Shown here piece after piece: positions 13,251-27,659 of a DNA stretch of 64,000 nt. Source of the DNA: the human T2T-CHM13v2.0 reference genome, Homo sapiens; assembly GCF_009914755.1 (NCBI RefSeq), contig NC_060937.1; one strand, written 5' to 3'. The translations under genes were made by a program, and so were the position numbers. Each line of letters opens with the position of its first letter. Positions within the stretch are counted from its first letter, which is position 1. The notes beneath the pieces were generated by a model. That model made no database searches. It worked only from the letters and a program-made list of their open reading frames with translations, and was not told where the DNA came from.

Positions 13251-13964
13251 CCAAGCATCCTGTCTTTTATTGTGGCCAATATAAATAAGGTTTTGTATTC
13301 CATTATATCATCTTATTTTTTGTGTTAGTGGAGGCTACTAATTATTGTATATTTATTTTTGTACCTTACCAGCTTACTTCTCTTATTACTAGTGGTTTTT
13401 AGTTGAGTTTTTCAGATTATATAATCATGTTGTCATATAGCAATACACTTTTACCATTTTTCCCAATATTTGTAATTTTTTTCTCTTGTCTAAATATGTT
13501 GGTTAGTTCCTCCAGACTGCATTCAATTAATCATGGCGATAATGGAGACATGTACCTTGTTCCTGGCTTATGAGAGAATGCTTCTAAATTTTTTTTAACA
13601 AGTATTCCTCTAGCATTTTTATTGAGATGCTTATTTTATCATGTTGAGATAATATTTATCTGTTCTGAATTTATTTGTAAGAATTTATATCAAGAATAGA
13701 TAATAGATTTTGGAAAATGATTTTCAACATTTATGGAAACGATGATATAATGTTCCTTCATAGATCAATTCATTTTAGTCATTATTGAACTAGCCTTTCA
13801 TTTCTGGAATAAATGCCATTTGGCAATAGCATATAATTACCGTAATGTTTTGCTCACGATGTAGGAATTTTGTTTCTATATTCATAGTGAGATTGGTTTG
13901 TAGTTTTTTTTATATATATATAACACTTTCCTATTTTATTCATGTTATTTTCACTTCATTACAG

Positions 13965-14245
<281 letters not shown>

Positions 14246-15512
14246 TGATGTGTCTTGTAACAGTTTAAATAATCCTGGAAGTGTTTGTTATTAAAGGCTT
14301 AATTAAATTCTTCTGGGAAACTTAGTGTAGCCTGTTGCTCTTTTGTGTGTATATTTTGGTTAATTATATTTTCCTACTAAAAAATCAGTTTGTCAATAGT
14401 TTTTAATAACTTTGAATACAGTAGATCAAGGTAATCTTTTATGAGCATTTAAATTTTCTGTATTTAGGGTTACTTTTCTCCTCCATTTTGGGTTTTGTAC
14501 GTGCTCTTCCATTTTTTCTCAGTCAGACTAGTTAACACTTTATCTGCTTTACTTGTTTCAATGAACTTTTGCATCTATTTATTGGGTCCACTTTTCTATA
14601 TGTTTTAAGTCATTAATTTCTGCCTTTGTTAATTAATGTCTTGCTAATCATTTCAAGTTTTGTATTACTGCTCTTTTCCTGCATTTTCAGTTGAATCCTG
14701 ATTCAGTTATACTGTTTTCATTTATTCATATGTTTATGTAAAAATACAAATTTTTCTCTAAGATCTGCTGTGGCTCTACTCTAAAGCCTCTCCTCAGTGT
14801 GTTCCCATTTTTATAATTTTCTAGATGTTGTACCATTTAGGATTAGGTTTTCTCTTAAAGCAAAAATTGAGGAAAGAAAAATTTTGATTTTTTTTATTAT
14901 TTGTTTAATTTACAGGAAAGAGTAACTTTCTGTATATTTTATAAATATCTAGATCTACAACTTTGTTCACCATGTGCGACATTTAAATGTTTTCTTAAAT
15001 CAATGCTTTGCAATCAAGCATTCCCATGACGCCTATACATGACCTATTTTTATAAAATGTGATATATTTCAAAGTCTAATTATGCCATTTGGGTCTTTGA
15101 TAACTTTACATAATTTTGCTGACATCTGTAGTGGACTGAAGCTATGAATTAAAATCCTTTACTGTGAATGATATCTGATCGTTTTTTCTTGTATCTTCTG
15201 TAATTTCTACTTTCTACATTATGATGTTAAGAGTTTGTTTATTCATAACTGGTAGGTCTCCTTCATTATTAATCACATACCTAAGCCTTGCTTCTTTTCG
15301 CCTCAACTAATTCTTTACATACCTGATTTTGCAAACGACAGAAAGTAAAGTCATAACTCTGCTTTTTTTTGGTTTGTTCATTTGCATTTGCCTGTCATAC
15401 CTTTGCCCACAATTTTATTTTTTAAAATTTTTTTAAAAATATATTTTCTGTGAGATTAAACTGTCTAAATTACTTTGGAAGTCAATGATTTTGTAAACAG
15501 CATGGTATAAAG

Positions 15513-15830
<318 letters not shown>

Positions 15831-15915
15831 ACAGCATGGTATAAAGTTTTGCTTTGAAAATCTTTCTTCAATGATGTGTCTATTTATTTACAATTATTGA
15901 TAAGATGATGTTTGG

Positions 15916-16209
15916 GGCTGGGTGCACTGGCTCACACCTGTAATCTCAGCACTTTGCGAGGCCGAGGCAGGCGGATCACTTGAGGTCAGGAGTTCGAGAC
16001 CAGCCTGGCCAACATGTTGAAACCCTGTCTCTACTAAAAATACAAAAATTAGCCAGGCATATTGGCACATGTCTGTCATGCCAGTTATTTGGGAGGCAGA
16101 GGCAGGCGAATTTCTGGAACGCAGGAGGCAGAGGTTGTATTGAGCCGAGATCACACCACTACACTCCAGCCTGGGTGACAGAATGCGATTTCATCTCAAA
16201 AAAAAAAAA
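15916..16209 (+). mobile_element. Alu (AluSx/Sz-like)
   Basis: Full dimer with poly(A). Approximate TSD is AAGATGATGTT / AAGATGTTGTT. Confidence 0.97.
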
Positions 16210-16672
16210 GATGTTGTTAGATTTTAATTGTCATTTTAGTTTGTGCTATTCTTTCTGATTTCACTGCTTTTAAAACATTTCACTATATCATCTTTTCAAA
16301 TTTGTTCATGTGTTATGGTGTTTATGCTTCTAACTTAGTGTATAATCTTATCTAATTGCAGTTGACACTCCATTTTGTTAGATAATAAATACTAATTCCA
16401 TATTATAATCAATAATAAATGTAGTGTTTCCCTTTTCGCTTCTCTTCTTGCCTTAGCCACCATCTTTAGTCAGTGAAAATCAATCAATATTTACCATATG
16501 ACTTTAAATTTGGCTATATATCAATTTATTGATTGATCAATTTTAATTCTTTCCTTTGATCTCCAGTTACTAGCAATAAGGAAACCAGCATACTTTACAT
16601 AACACCTTCTGTTCTCCTCTTTCCTAATTTTTGTTTTATTCATTGTTAGTGCATTTGGCATATATATTTTAT

Positions 16673-16723
16673 TGTTACCTCATCCCTACTTTTTGTGTTA
16701 CCTCATCCCTACTTTTTGTGTTA
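16673..16723. repeat. Perfect 23-bp tandem duplication
   Basis: TGTTACCTCATCCCTACTTTTTG occurs twice, followed by TGTTA. Confidence 0.95.
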
Positions 16724-16754
16724 TGAACGCATTTAAATTGTAAAAGGAACTTGT

Positions 16755-17200
16755 AATGTTCCACCAGTAACATTGTTATTTTCTATTTCAATAATGAGTT
16801 CCTTTTGTTTTAGCTGGGCTCGTGGTGATAGGCTCTATTTCCCAGCCTCTTTCACAGCTAACTATGCATTCCCAGCTCAGCACAAGCCAGGAGAATATGA
16901 ACCACAGTGATGTGTCCTACTTCCAGGACATTTCATTAAAGAAGAAGTTGCCTGCTCCTGGTTTCCATACTCTTCTGGGAGCATGGATTGTGGATGGCAC
17001 AGTCTAACCCCTGTAGATGAAGACTACATCCTGGGAGACATAAATACCTAGGTCCCTGAATGGCTTCTTAGAGTATAGCCACTGCATCAGCCCTGGACAA
17101 TTCACATCTGAATTATTTGATGAAAACAGGACAAAACAAAGTTTTTATCCAATTTAGGTTACTGAAGTTAGTATCATTTTGTTACAATGGTTTAGCCTGT
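16755..17200 (+). mobile_element. Ancient ERVL/MaLR-class LTR (LTR33/LTR16-like)
   Basis: TTTTAGCTGGGC...TATTTCCCAGCCTCTTTCACAGCTA...GTGATGTGT..ACTTCCAGG...GGTCCCTGAATG...CAGCCCTGGAC. Confidence 0.65.
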
Positions 17201-17224
17201 AATGGTGCTACTAAAAGAAATCCC

Positions 17225-17550
17225 GGCTGGGTGCGGTGACTCACACCTGTAATCCCAGCAACTTCAGGAGGCCGAGGCAGGAGGATCACTTGAGTCTAAG
17301 AGTTGGAGACCAGCCTGGGCAACATAGTGAGACCCTGTCTCTACAAAAATGTTTAAAAAAATAGCTGAGCATGTTGGTGCACACCTGTAGTCCCAGCTAA
17401 TCAGGAGGATTAGCTGAGGCAGGAGGATTGCTTGAGCCTGGGGAGGTCAAGGCTGCAGCGAGCCGTGATGACCACTGCACTCCAGCCTGGGTAACAAAGC
17501 GAGACCCCGTCTCAGAAAATAATGACAATGAGAATAATAATAATAATACA
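17225..17550 (+). mobile_element. Alu (AluJ) with (AAT)n tail
   Basis: Contains the AluJ diagnostics GGAGGATTGCTTGAGCC and GGTCAAGGCTGCAG. Confidence 0.95.
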
Positions 17551-17719
17551 GAAATTCAATGATTATCACTGATGCTTTTGCTGTAAATTTTCCAATCATC
17601 TCTTGATAAACTTGTCTTCTAGTAAATCCCTCAAAAAGAATTCATGGGATAAATATTTCTGAAGTTTGTGTAACTTCAAAACTGTATGCTAAGCTTCTAA
17701 ACTTAATTTCTAGTTGACC

Positions 17720-18680
<961 letters not shown>

Positions 18681-20139
18681 AAAGAAGTGTTTAAAACACT
18701 CAAATGTACTATACCTTTATACTTAATTGACAGGTGGTTACACATTAGGGTTCATTCTGTTTCCTATAGTATTTTCTAGGTATTATTCTACCAACTGCAT
18801 AAAAGGTTGTTGTAGAGAAGAGTAAATTGATGTGGTTTGTACATTGTATATTTTTATCTGGTTTTGCAATAAATTCTTCTTATACATTAAAAGGCAAATA
18901 ACTTTTCTGGACTATGTCTTCTTGTTAATCCTTCTTGATTATTTTCTTCTGGGAACAACACAATATGTCCTTTCAGTTTGTAAGTTCAGGTTTTTGTGTC
19001 TCAAAAATAGTTAATAATTTATATCCTTAAATATCTGTTTTGTTTTATTATTTCTATTCTCCACAAAAGGTTGCAATTACATATATTACTTCTAAATCAC
19101 TTTCAATTGGTCATTTTTCTTAATTGTAAAATTTTATATTAATATATTTTTCTATTTTATGCCTTTTTCCACTGTACATTTGGATTTTAGAATCCATTTT
19201 TCAATTAACTTCTTGTAATTTCAGCTTACTCTTTAATAATTTGGGTTTTTTTCTATACTACTTTCCTCAGCTCCACAAGCTGATAATTTTTATTGTCTCC
19301 AAATATCTTTCTGGAGCTTGGGAATTTTTGCTTTTTACCCTTACTTGATGGAGGAGTTAATGTATTAATTTTTTTAATTTATATGAAAAACATTCTCTTT
19401 TCGTTTGATTTCGTCTTAGTGCAGATCCTATGCTGGTGCCTGCAGGTATCACTGAAGAAGGTGAATTTTTCCTATACCAAATATTTGCCAGGAGTATGTG
19501 TCAGAAAGGGAAAAGAATAAAGCTTGAATTATTTTTATGATCAAGGTCTCTGGGTGTGACATTTCCCCCATGCAATGGAGACAGGCACTGTTGAGCCTTT
19601 TCTCATGCAAAGTTTCTTTCCAGGCTGCAGCAGAGAGGGTACTACTTGCATATGATTATCCATATGATTACTCATATAGTCTCAACTCTTCTGCTTCCTG
19701 GAACCATGAGTTAAGTAAAACTCATTCCAGGTATATCACTGTTTCTGCTGCTGAAAATAAGAAACGTGGGTTTATGGCCTAGCATGTTCTTCATTTTGCT
19801 GCTGTGTTTTTTGCTAGCTGTTTCTCTGAGCTGAAGCTCTCTAATGCCAGTTCTACATCATCATGTATTGACTTCTTCCTACGCTCCACTGCACAATCTT
19901 TGCTGTAAGCCACCTTCCCACATATCTTGTGATCTAGGGTTTTACTGTCTTCCAGTTTCAGCAGACATGGTATTTCTATTTTGCATTCATTGTTTCCCTG
20001 GGTGCTTTTGAATGACTTATAGAAGATAATGGGAAAATGCTAATATTATAATGTTCAAACAAAAAGATCTATTCTTTTTTATTTTTGACTATATATTACA
20101 TATATACTTGTTAAAATATATTAAAATATAAAATATATT

Positions 20140-20450
20140 TTTTAAAAACTATATATATATAAAGAGAGAGAGAGACTGACTTACTCTGTCACCCAGGCTG
20201 GAGTTTAGTGGCAGAAACACAGCTCACGGCAGCATCAACCTCCTGGGCTCAAGTGATCCTCCCATGTCAGCCTCCCGAGTGTGTGAGACCACAGGCAGGC
20301 ACCACTACACCCAGCATTTTTTTTTTTTTTTTGTAGATACAGGGTCTTCCTGTGTCACTCAGGCTGCTCTGAAACTCCTGGCCTCAGGTGATCCTCCCGC
20401 CTTGGCCTCCAAAAATGCAGGATTACAAGCCTGAGCCACCGCACCCAGCC
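20140..20450 (-). mobile_element. Alu (AluJ) with tail converted to (TA)n/(GA)n
   Basis: Contains the AluJ diagnostic CAACCTCCTGGGCTCAAGTGATCCTCCC and ends GAGCCACCGCACCCAGCC. Confidence 0.95.
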
Positions 20451-20859
20451 TTCATGTATATGTTTAATATAGCTAGGTTAGGTCTTCAGGAAGACATTTT
20501 CATAATAGTTAATAAATTATATAAATTATATACACCCTGAGCCATATTTAAACAAATATTCCTGTAATCTTTATACATGAAATCTCTGTGTACAGACTAG
20601 AATTTTACTACACAACGTAATTTCTCCTCATAACTTCAAAGAAAGCACTTTGCTTCCTGTTCTTCAACATTACTATGTAGAAACCTCAGACCAGCCTGCA
20701 TTTTCCTTCAAATGTTTCTTCTTCTGGAATGCTTATATTGTTTTTTCTTAACCTTAAACTTCAATATCCTTACCAAGTTGTTTCTGTCTATTGTTCTCTA
20801 TTAATTCTTTATTAATTCTTACCATATTTCTAGTAACCCTTTTTGATCTACGTGACAAA

Positions 20860-21325
20860 TTTTTGTATTTTTGAAAATCACAACAATATCATCCATCCCA
20901 CATGTTCTTCTTAAAGTGGGGCATAGTCACTCATAAAGAGGTGGGGCGTATGTTTCCTCACCTGAAATGTGGATAGGTCTCTGATCAACGAAGATGTTCC
21001 TCTAAGTGACTTTTGAGGACACGTTACAAAAACATCATGTATATCTGCCTTGTTCTCTCAAAACATTTGCTCTTGGAAGCCTAAAGTCACAGGTAAGCAG
21101 TTCAAGTGTCCCAAGGCCCTGATGCTCGGAGGAGACCCAAACTAGCTCATGGTGAGACCACATGGAGAGGCCCTAAGACCTGTCCATGAAGAGAGAAAGA
21201 TGCCTGGCCCCAGCTGTCCCAGCTCCGCCTACCACATGAAAGTCTCTGAGCTAGAACCACCCAGGAAATCATGCGATATTTTTTTAAAGTTGTTATTCTT
21301 TTAAGCTTTAAATTTGGGGGTGACT
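20860..21325 (+). mobile_element. MLT1G/H-like MaLR LTR
   Basis: CACAACAATATC..CCATCCCACATGTTCTTCT...GAGACCACATGGAGAGGCCCT..GAGAGAAAGATGCCTGGCC. Confidence 0.8.
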
Positions 21326-21480
21326 CTTTTTTTTATGTTTTGTAGTTCTCCTTGTAGACGTATTTCACCTCCTTTTTAGATATACTTTATTTTGTGTATA
21401 GTTATTGTAAATGGCATCATGTTTTTTATTTGGTTCTTAGCTTGAGCATTATTGGTGTATAGAAATGCTACTAAATTCTG
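21326..21480 (-). mobile_element. Short L1P-type internal ORF2 fragment
   Basis: GTTTTGTAGTTCTCCTTGTAGA..TTTCACCTCC...TTGGTGTATAGAAATGCTACT. Confidence 0.85.
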
Positions 21481-21515
21481 GCTAGGCACAGTGGCTCATG
21501 TCTGTAATGCAACAG
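21481..21515 (+). mobile_element. Alu 5'-head fragment (about 35 bp)
   Basis: GGCTAGGCACAGTGGCTCATGTCTGTAATGCAACA. Confidence 0.75.
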
Positions 21516-21983
21516 TAGATAAGTGATGAAATGCACACATTCAAATCTTCCTTTATTTTTAGGAAGATTTCTTTAAATATTTGTTTTCTCACCCAAGTGT
21601 TAGGTCCTCTCCCTGAGAAATTGTAATTCTCCAAGGATCGTAGAAGATACTGCCATTCCCACATGCCTATTGGTTGTGCTATAGTCACTTTTGGTCTTAT
21701 AATTTTCCCTTTGTAGTATGTGTGATCTTATCTCTCCTACCTCTTATATTACTTCTTTGTTTTTTAGTGTTCATTGTTATTCATCTTCTTGATTTTTACT
21801 GTACCAATTCTTTTAGTTTTTTCTAATGGAGCTTTTAAGTATTTTCATATTTTATGTTTCACCTCAATTTCTTTCCCTGGATTTGTCAGTAACTTGTATT
21901 TTGTATCATCTCTTGTTTCATGTTTTCTTTAATTTCCTTGAGAATGCAGAGTTTTTTTTCTAAAGTGTTCTTTTCTTCTCTTT

Positions 21984-22129
21984 CAATAGGGCCTTGCTCT
22001 GTTGCCCAGGATGGAGTGCAGTGGCATGATCATAGTTCAGTGTAATCTCAAACTGCTGGCCTCAAGCAGCCCTCCCACCTCAGCCTCCTAAAGTGCTTGG
22101 ATACAGGCATAAGCCACTGTGCCTGGTCA
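21984..22129 (-). mobile_element. Monomeric Alu (FRAM/FAM-like or left/right hybrid)
   Basis: A single antisense monomer of about 145 bp. Confidence 0.88.
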
Positions 22130-24099
22130 CTTTTTACTTTCTTTAATATATGATTTGACACCAGGCAACCTCTGATTAAGAGTGCTATGCAGAATTAAGA
22201 TGGCATGGGATCACAATATCTCTTTCAGGCCCAATTCCATGATGTCTCAGAAAATTAGAATAGGCCTCAACTAGAGTGACCCTCACTGCATTTCACCCTT
22301 GGCTCCCCATGGCCCAGTTCTTGTCTTTCAAGAATAAGTACTGTGGCTAGGATGATTCACAACTCTCTCATTTACTTTGTTGAAAACGATATCACAAGTT
22401 TGGAGCAACAGTTAAATCTCAGTGTCTTCTTTCATTTTGTTCAAAATTTCCTTTTATCTGGCAGATATTCTTTATAGTTGTGTCAAGAGGCTGTTCCAGA
22501 TACATGGTTTCACTGGACATTGCTTTTTCTCTTTTTCATATAGTTTGTATGTTTTGATGAACTTTGGGGGAGAGAGAGCTCTGCTGGTGTTCAGTAACTC
22601 TTTCGTTGTCCCCAAGAAGCCCCAGTCAGCACTTTTGAACATGACAAACTTGTGATCATTTACTTATCCTAAATTCGCATATGCCAAGAAGCCAACAGGC
22701 TTCCAGAAATTTTATTAAGAGTTTCAGATATTTCACCAAGTAATTTTATCTCTGCTAATGAGATCAAGTGTATAACTGGAACTAAACTAAACATGCCTCA
22801 TTTCATGCTAGCTTGCTGTTCTGTAGAGGAATGTGAAACAGCGCTTTGTAGCCAAATGCACAGTTCAATGAAATTGTGTTGCCTCAATTTTTCAAGTGCT
22901 TTGTGAGTGGCAAGAGGGGATAGTAAACCTTTCCTGATTGACATCTGTCAACCGTCATGAGCTTCCCAGACACGTACACTGATAAGAAAGTTGGCGACTG
23001 TTGGGACCCACAGACAAAATCATTTGCTATAGAATCTACTGCAATAGACACAACGTTCACCCTTCTGAGTTGTGGCCTGTCTCTGGCCTTAAGATTCTGC
23101 ATTAAGACAGGCTGTCAAAGATAAGACAGGATGCAAGAGAGGCCCTGCTACAGGGAACCTCAAGTAAGGTTTTAATAGCTTTCTACGCTTGAATAAGAAT
23201 CCTCCTGATGCCTGAATTTTTTTCCTAGTACAATGAAGTAATGTCTTCATATTTCTAAAATGACACTTCCATCCGGGAGAAAAAATAGCTCAGTGCATTA
23301 ATTGATGCCAATTTCACATGGAACATTTTTATGGAAAGCACTTAGTTCTGATTTTCCAGGTATAAAAGAATGATGTCACTGTTCGTGTTTCATCAGACCT
23401 GACTGTATACCTAAGACAGGAAGAAGGAAGTGGCTTTGGATTTTATGTAAGTAATAGAGTACATGTAAACAAATAAGGCTGGCATTTGCTTTTACCTCCT
23501 GTTTACAAATGTATTTGGTGCTACTGAAATAAAATGCTACTGCATTAAGCTAATGCAATGGTAGGTTCTGGGCAAACAGATGATGGAAAGAGTGAGACAG
23601 ATTAGAAAGATATGAGATGGATGATGAATTATATACCAAATGGACTGAAAGGATAGATCTTTCTGCTTTTCACTTTTCTTCTTTCCACAAATGTTCTCAT
23701 ATGTTTTTTTTCTAAAGCACAATAACATTCCTTGCAATATAATATTGAGTACTTATATCTCCTCTCTAAACCAATTTTTCTTTTACATTGCTTAATCTTG
23801 ACATGCAGCAATATCTCAGTGATATTCTAAGGATTATCAGTCACAAATATTCACTGAACCCGCAGTATGTGTGTTGAGACTCATACCATTTATTTTGAAG
23901 TGATTCAGAGAAAGCAGGATATCTAGCTATAACCCTTGTTCTAAAGATAAGAACAGGAAAAGAAAGATGAAATAGAATACAATAAAATACATGATTCATG
24001 GGAATTTCCAAAAGTTCATCCCAGGTTTCTCTTCTGTTCTCCCTCTGTTTCCTTGCTTCAGAAGGATTTCATCTATGCACAGAGGCATTTTACTTTATG

Positions 24100-24860
24100 C
24101 AATATACAAATACGAATTGAGTGCCTTTAGTGCATCACGTCCTGAGCAAGAAGCCAAGAATTCAAAGAATAAGCCTTATTTTCTGTCCTCAAAGAGCTTG
24201 TAGTATAGCGGTAAAGATAATCACATGAAAGAACACATAGAGTCATTCCAAAGAAAATGCATTAATTACAAGGATATGGACCACAGAGTAATAGCATCTA
24301 ATCAAGCCTGGAGAGGAGTAGGGAGTGTTTCTGGAGGAGCTGATATCCTTGCAGACTTTTAAAGGGTGAAAAACAGTCATGACATGAATAGGAGAAAGAA
24401 TATACTTCAAGTAGACAGGAAATCAGGAGCTAAGGCATGAAAAAGAGACACTTCACAAGTGTTCAGTGTTGCTGAAGCCAAGAGTGAAGGTAGAGTCTGA
24501 GGAAAGTCTATAATGGAGAGCTTTAATTTATATATTAGGAAACTTAGTTTATATCCACTGGGCAATGGGTGCCACTCAAGGGTTTTAAACAAACAAATGA
24601 CAGGTCAGATTTCTATTTTAAATCTGATGGTTCAGTGACAGACTGATTTGAAGTGAACAAGGCTGAAGTTAGAAATGTTGGTTAATAGACTGTTTCATTA
24701 GTCAGGTTGCAAGATGATGATGGTGTCATCTAAGATAGCATTCACAGATGCAGAGAAGGAGGACAGATTTGAAAAGCATTTAGAGAGCAAAATTGGCAAG
24801 AGCTTGTCATTACTTGTTCCTGGCATAAGGGAGAGAGCAAAGTAAAAGAAAACCCAAACT
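24100..24860 (-). mobile_element. L2 element
   Basis: TGTCCTCAAAGAGCTTGTAGTATAG, TTTCTGGAGGAGCTGA and GGCAATGGGTGCCACTCAAGGGTTTTAAAC...CAGATTT are antisense L2 motifs. Confidence 0.75.
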
Positions 24861-25550
24861 ACCTGATATACTCTGCAAAGAGTCACAACAATACTCACTG
24901 CTCTCATGGTCCTGGTTATCCACCCTGACTGAGTGCAGTTGTCTTTTTTGGTGAACAATTTAGAGGTGGGAGTATTTGTGTGACTGTTATTCATCCTTAT
25001 TTCTAAATCCTGAGAAACATTTCATTGACTGAATGAAACACTCCATTAATGAAACATTTGAACCACAAAGAAACATTTCATTGTGGAATTTGAGACACAG
25101 CAAATGAAAATAACTAACCCAAAGTTACTTGACTTCTATTAAAAGCTCTGGAGAAGCTTGGCCAGCTACCTGCTACCATGCACAAGTTTGAGAGCTCCTG
25201 CATGTGTTCCCCAAGAGTGGCTTACAGACTAGAAAGCAGATGGTGCAGCAGCAGACGGAAGGGTTGATGTGTATGCTCTGTGCAGCAGGATATTTCTTCC
25301 TGTGTCTCCTACCACTGTTCCAATCATTTCCTCTACATCAAAAACTGTACCTGAAAAGGAAGGAGACCCTGGACCTCTTTCAATAGAGCAAAATGCAACT
25401 CCTGGAACCAACTGCTTCATTATACCCCCATCATGTATGGCCACTGGGTCACTCACACCATAGATAGCCCAAAATATTATACCTAGGTGTGCAATGTAGA
25501 AGACTTTTCCCCATTCATGCTCAAAAGTTTCATTCTCTCAACTAGATGAC

Positions 25551-25924
25551 TGTATTAGTCCATTCTCACACTACTACTAAAGACATACCCAAGACTGGGT
25601 AATTTATAAAGGAAAGAGGTTTAATTGACTTACAGTTCTGCATGGCTGGGGAGGCCTCAGTAAACTTACAATCATGGCAGAAGGGAAAGCAAATACATTA
25701 TCCTTCACATGGCAGCAGCAAGGAGAAGTACAGAGCAAAGGGCAGGGGAAGCCCCTTATAAAACCATCAGCTCTCGTGAGAACTCACTATCATGAGAACA
25801 GCATGGAGACAACTGCCCCCATGATTCAATTACTTCCCACCAGGTCTTTCCCAGGACACATGGGGATTGTGGGAATTATTACACAATGATGAGATTTGGA
25901 TGGAGACATAGCCAAACCATATCG
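25551..25924 (-). mobile_element. THE1D/MSTA-like MaLR solo LTR
   Basis: TGTATTAGTCCATTCTCAC ... GGAGGCCTCAG.AAACTTACAATCATGGCAGAAGG ... AGCCAAACCATATC. Confidence 0.95.
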
Positions 25925-27059
25925 GTGAGAGATAAGAGAGTATAATGTTTTCTTCAAATTTTAGTTAGCTGGAGAGGTAGACTTCCATATGCTCCGTGTT
26001 ATCCAGCATATTGCTGCTTCATTAATATGCTGGTAGTAATATTAATGAGAATAGCAATATTGAATGCCCAGAAAATATACTTGTAAATGATAAATTAAGG
26101 AATAGTTCTTCCAATAGAAAATGTCTGTAACCTTTAACAAAATATCGTTAACAAAGTATAGACTAACAGGCTGAGACAAAAGCCATAAAACATCCTTAAT
26201 ACAGAGAGATGGCGTGAATTAGGTCAAGTAATTAGACCCAAATCAATAAAGCTGTAAGAAATAGTTGCCTGAACATGGAGCAGAGCTACAAAAACTCATC
26301 CAGGAAAATAGGGGAAAAAATGGGGATAATTCTTAAATAAAGCCACTCCATAATTGGGAATATCTAATTCAAATATAGCAAAAGAGAAAACAAGCCTGGC
26401 AATATATAACCAAAACAAAAACAACAACAAATCGCAAAGCAACAAAGCCACAACCAAGAAAATAGCTTCTACGATAGATGCTTAGACAGAATTTTAAGTG
26501 GAAAATTACTGCACTATCTTCCAAATTAAGTAAACATGGCTACTTGTGTGGCGCTAAAACTCATCATAAGCACAGCATGCTTCTAGTTTGTATCTTGATG
26601 ATTACCGAACTATTGTAAACAAGTGTGCCAGGAAAAGTATGTCAAGAATGATGTACTCATTTTATACAGCTAACCAAGAAAACATGTTGCTAATGAAAAT
26701 AACATTGCAAAGAGACAAATTCATTTCCCCATTGATATGTGGATGGACTGCATTCATAGTATTTTAGTTCTGCATTCAGAATATAAACAGGCAACCGTTC
26801 TTAGCTAGTTCTATTCCTCACCTTTTAAGAACTTAGTCTTACTGAAAGGAATTAGGAGCTAGCTCAAGAGCTGCCTAGAGAAGCCAAAATAAGATTCATT
26901 TGGATCGATAACATCAAAAAATATCTGAATCCAAGGTTTAAGTGGATTAACAAAATTTGGTTCACATACAATAAAACAATTTTGTTTTAATATTAGTTTA
27001 TCTTTATTTTTCATAACTAAAGTGCAGGGAATAAGTTATGCACAGTTTACAAGATATAT

Positions 27060-27235
27060 ATGGATCAGGGTCCTCTGATACCAGGGGCAGCAAAATAGAA
27101 CTTGTAGCGGCCAAAGTCATTGAACGTAGTCACGTCCTTCAATGAGAAGCCTTATCTTTTATCCTAGGGTGTTGTGCAAATATTGCCATTATCTATGCAT
27201 GCAATGACATGAAAATTTCAGGAAGAATTGTTTTA
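27060..27235. mobile_element. Possible hAT-Charlie MER relic
   Basis: TGCAAATATTGCCATTATCTATGCATGCAATGACATGAAAA...GGAAGAATTG resembles a MER112/117-like terminus. The match is from recall only. Confidence 0.35.
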
Positions 27236-27659
27236 GAAAATGAGTTTTCTCTTTTGATGTGTATGTACATCTGACATCAGTATTTTTGTTAATTTCTTTG
27301 TTCCTAGTTAGTGCTTTGGCCTTGTGTAGGGATGGCTTGGAAAAATGTTCTCTAGTCAGTTAGTGTTTCTCAAAGCAGCCATTGAGAGAGAGAACGGAAT
27401 GTCCACACTACAATTTAATAATATTCTACCCGGAAGAATCTTATTCTCTGGATTTCTAGTGTGTAAAAACATCAAGTGAAAACCTAATAACCTTTGTAGC
27501 TCCCACTGATCTTATACATAGAAATGTCATCACAAATTTTTCTCACAATAAATGTACTCACTCATTCTTATCCTTCTTAGTTATTTACCACAGAGAAAAA
27601 TATGGTAAAAGAACAAAACTCTATTTGTGCCAGTTATAAAACCTTCTCCTTTTACTCTG

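Larger units (their letters stand above)
18700..21960 (-). mobile_element. Scattered, very old L1 ORF1/HAL1-like fragments between younger insertions
   Basis: T-rich antisense texture resembling the reverse of the ORF1-like block at 50700-51430. Boundaries are uncertain. Confidence 0.35.
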
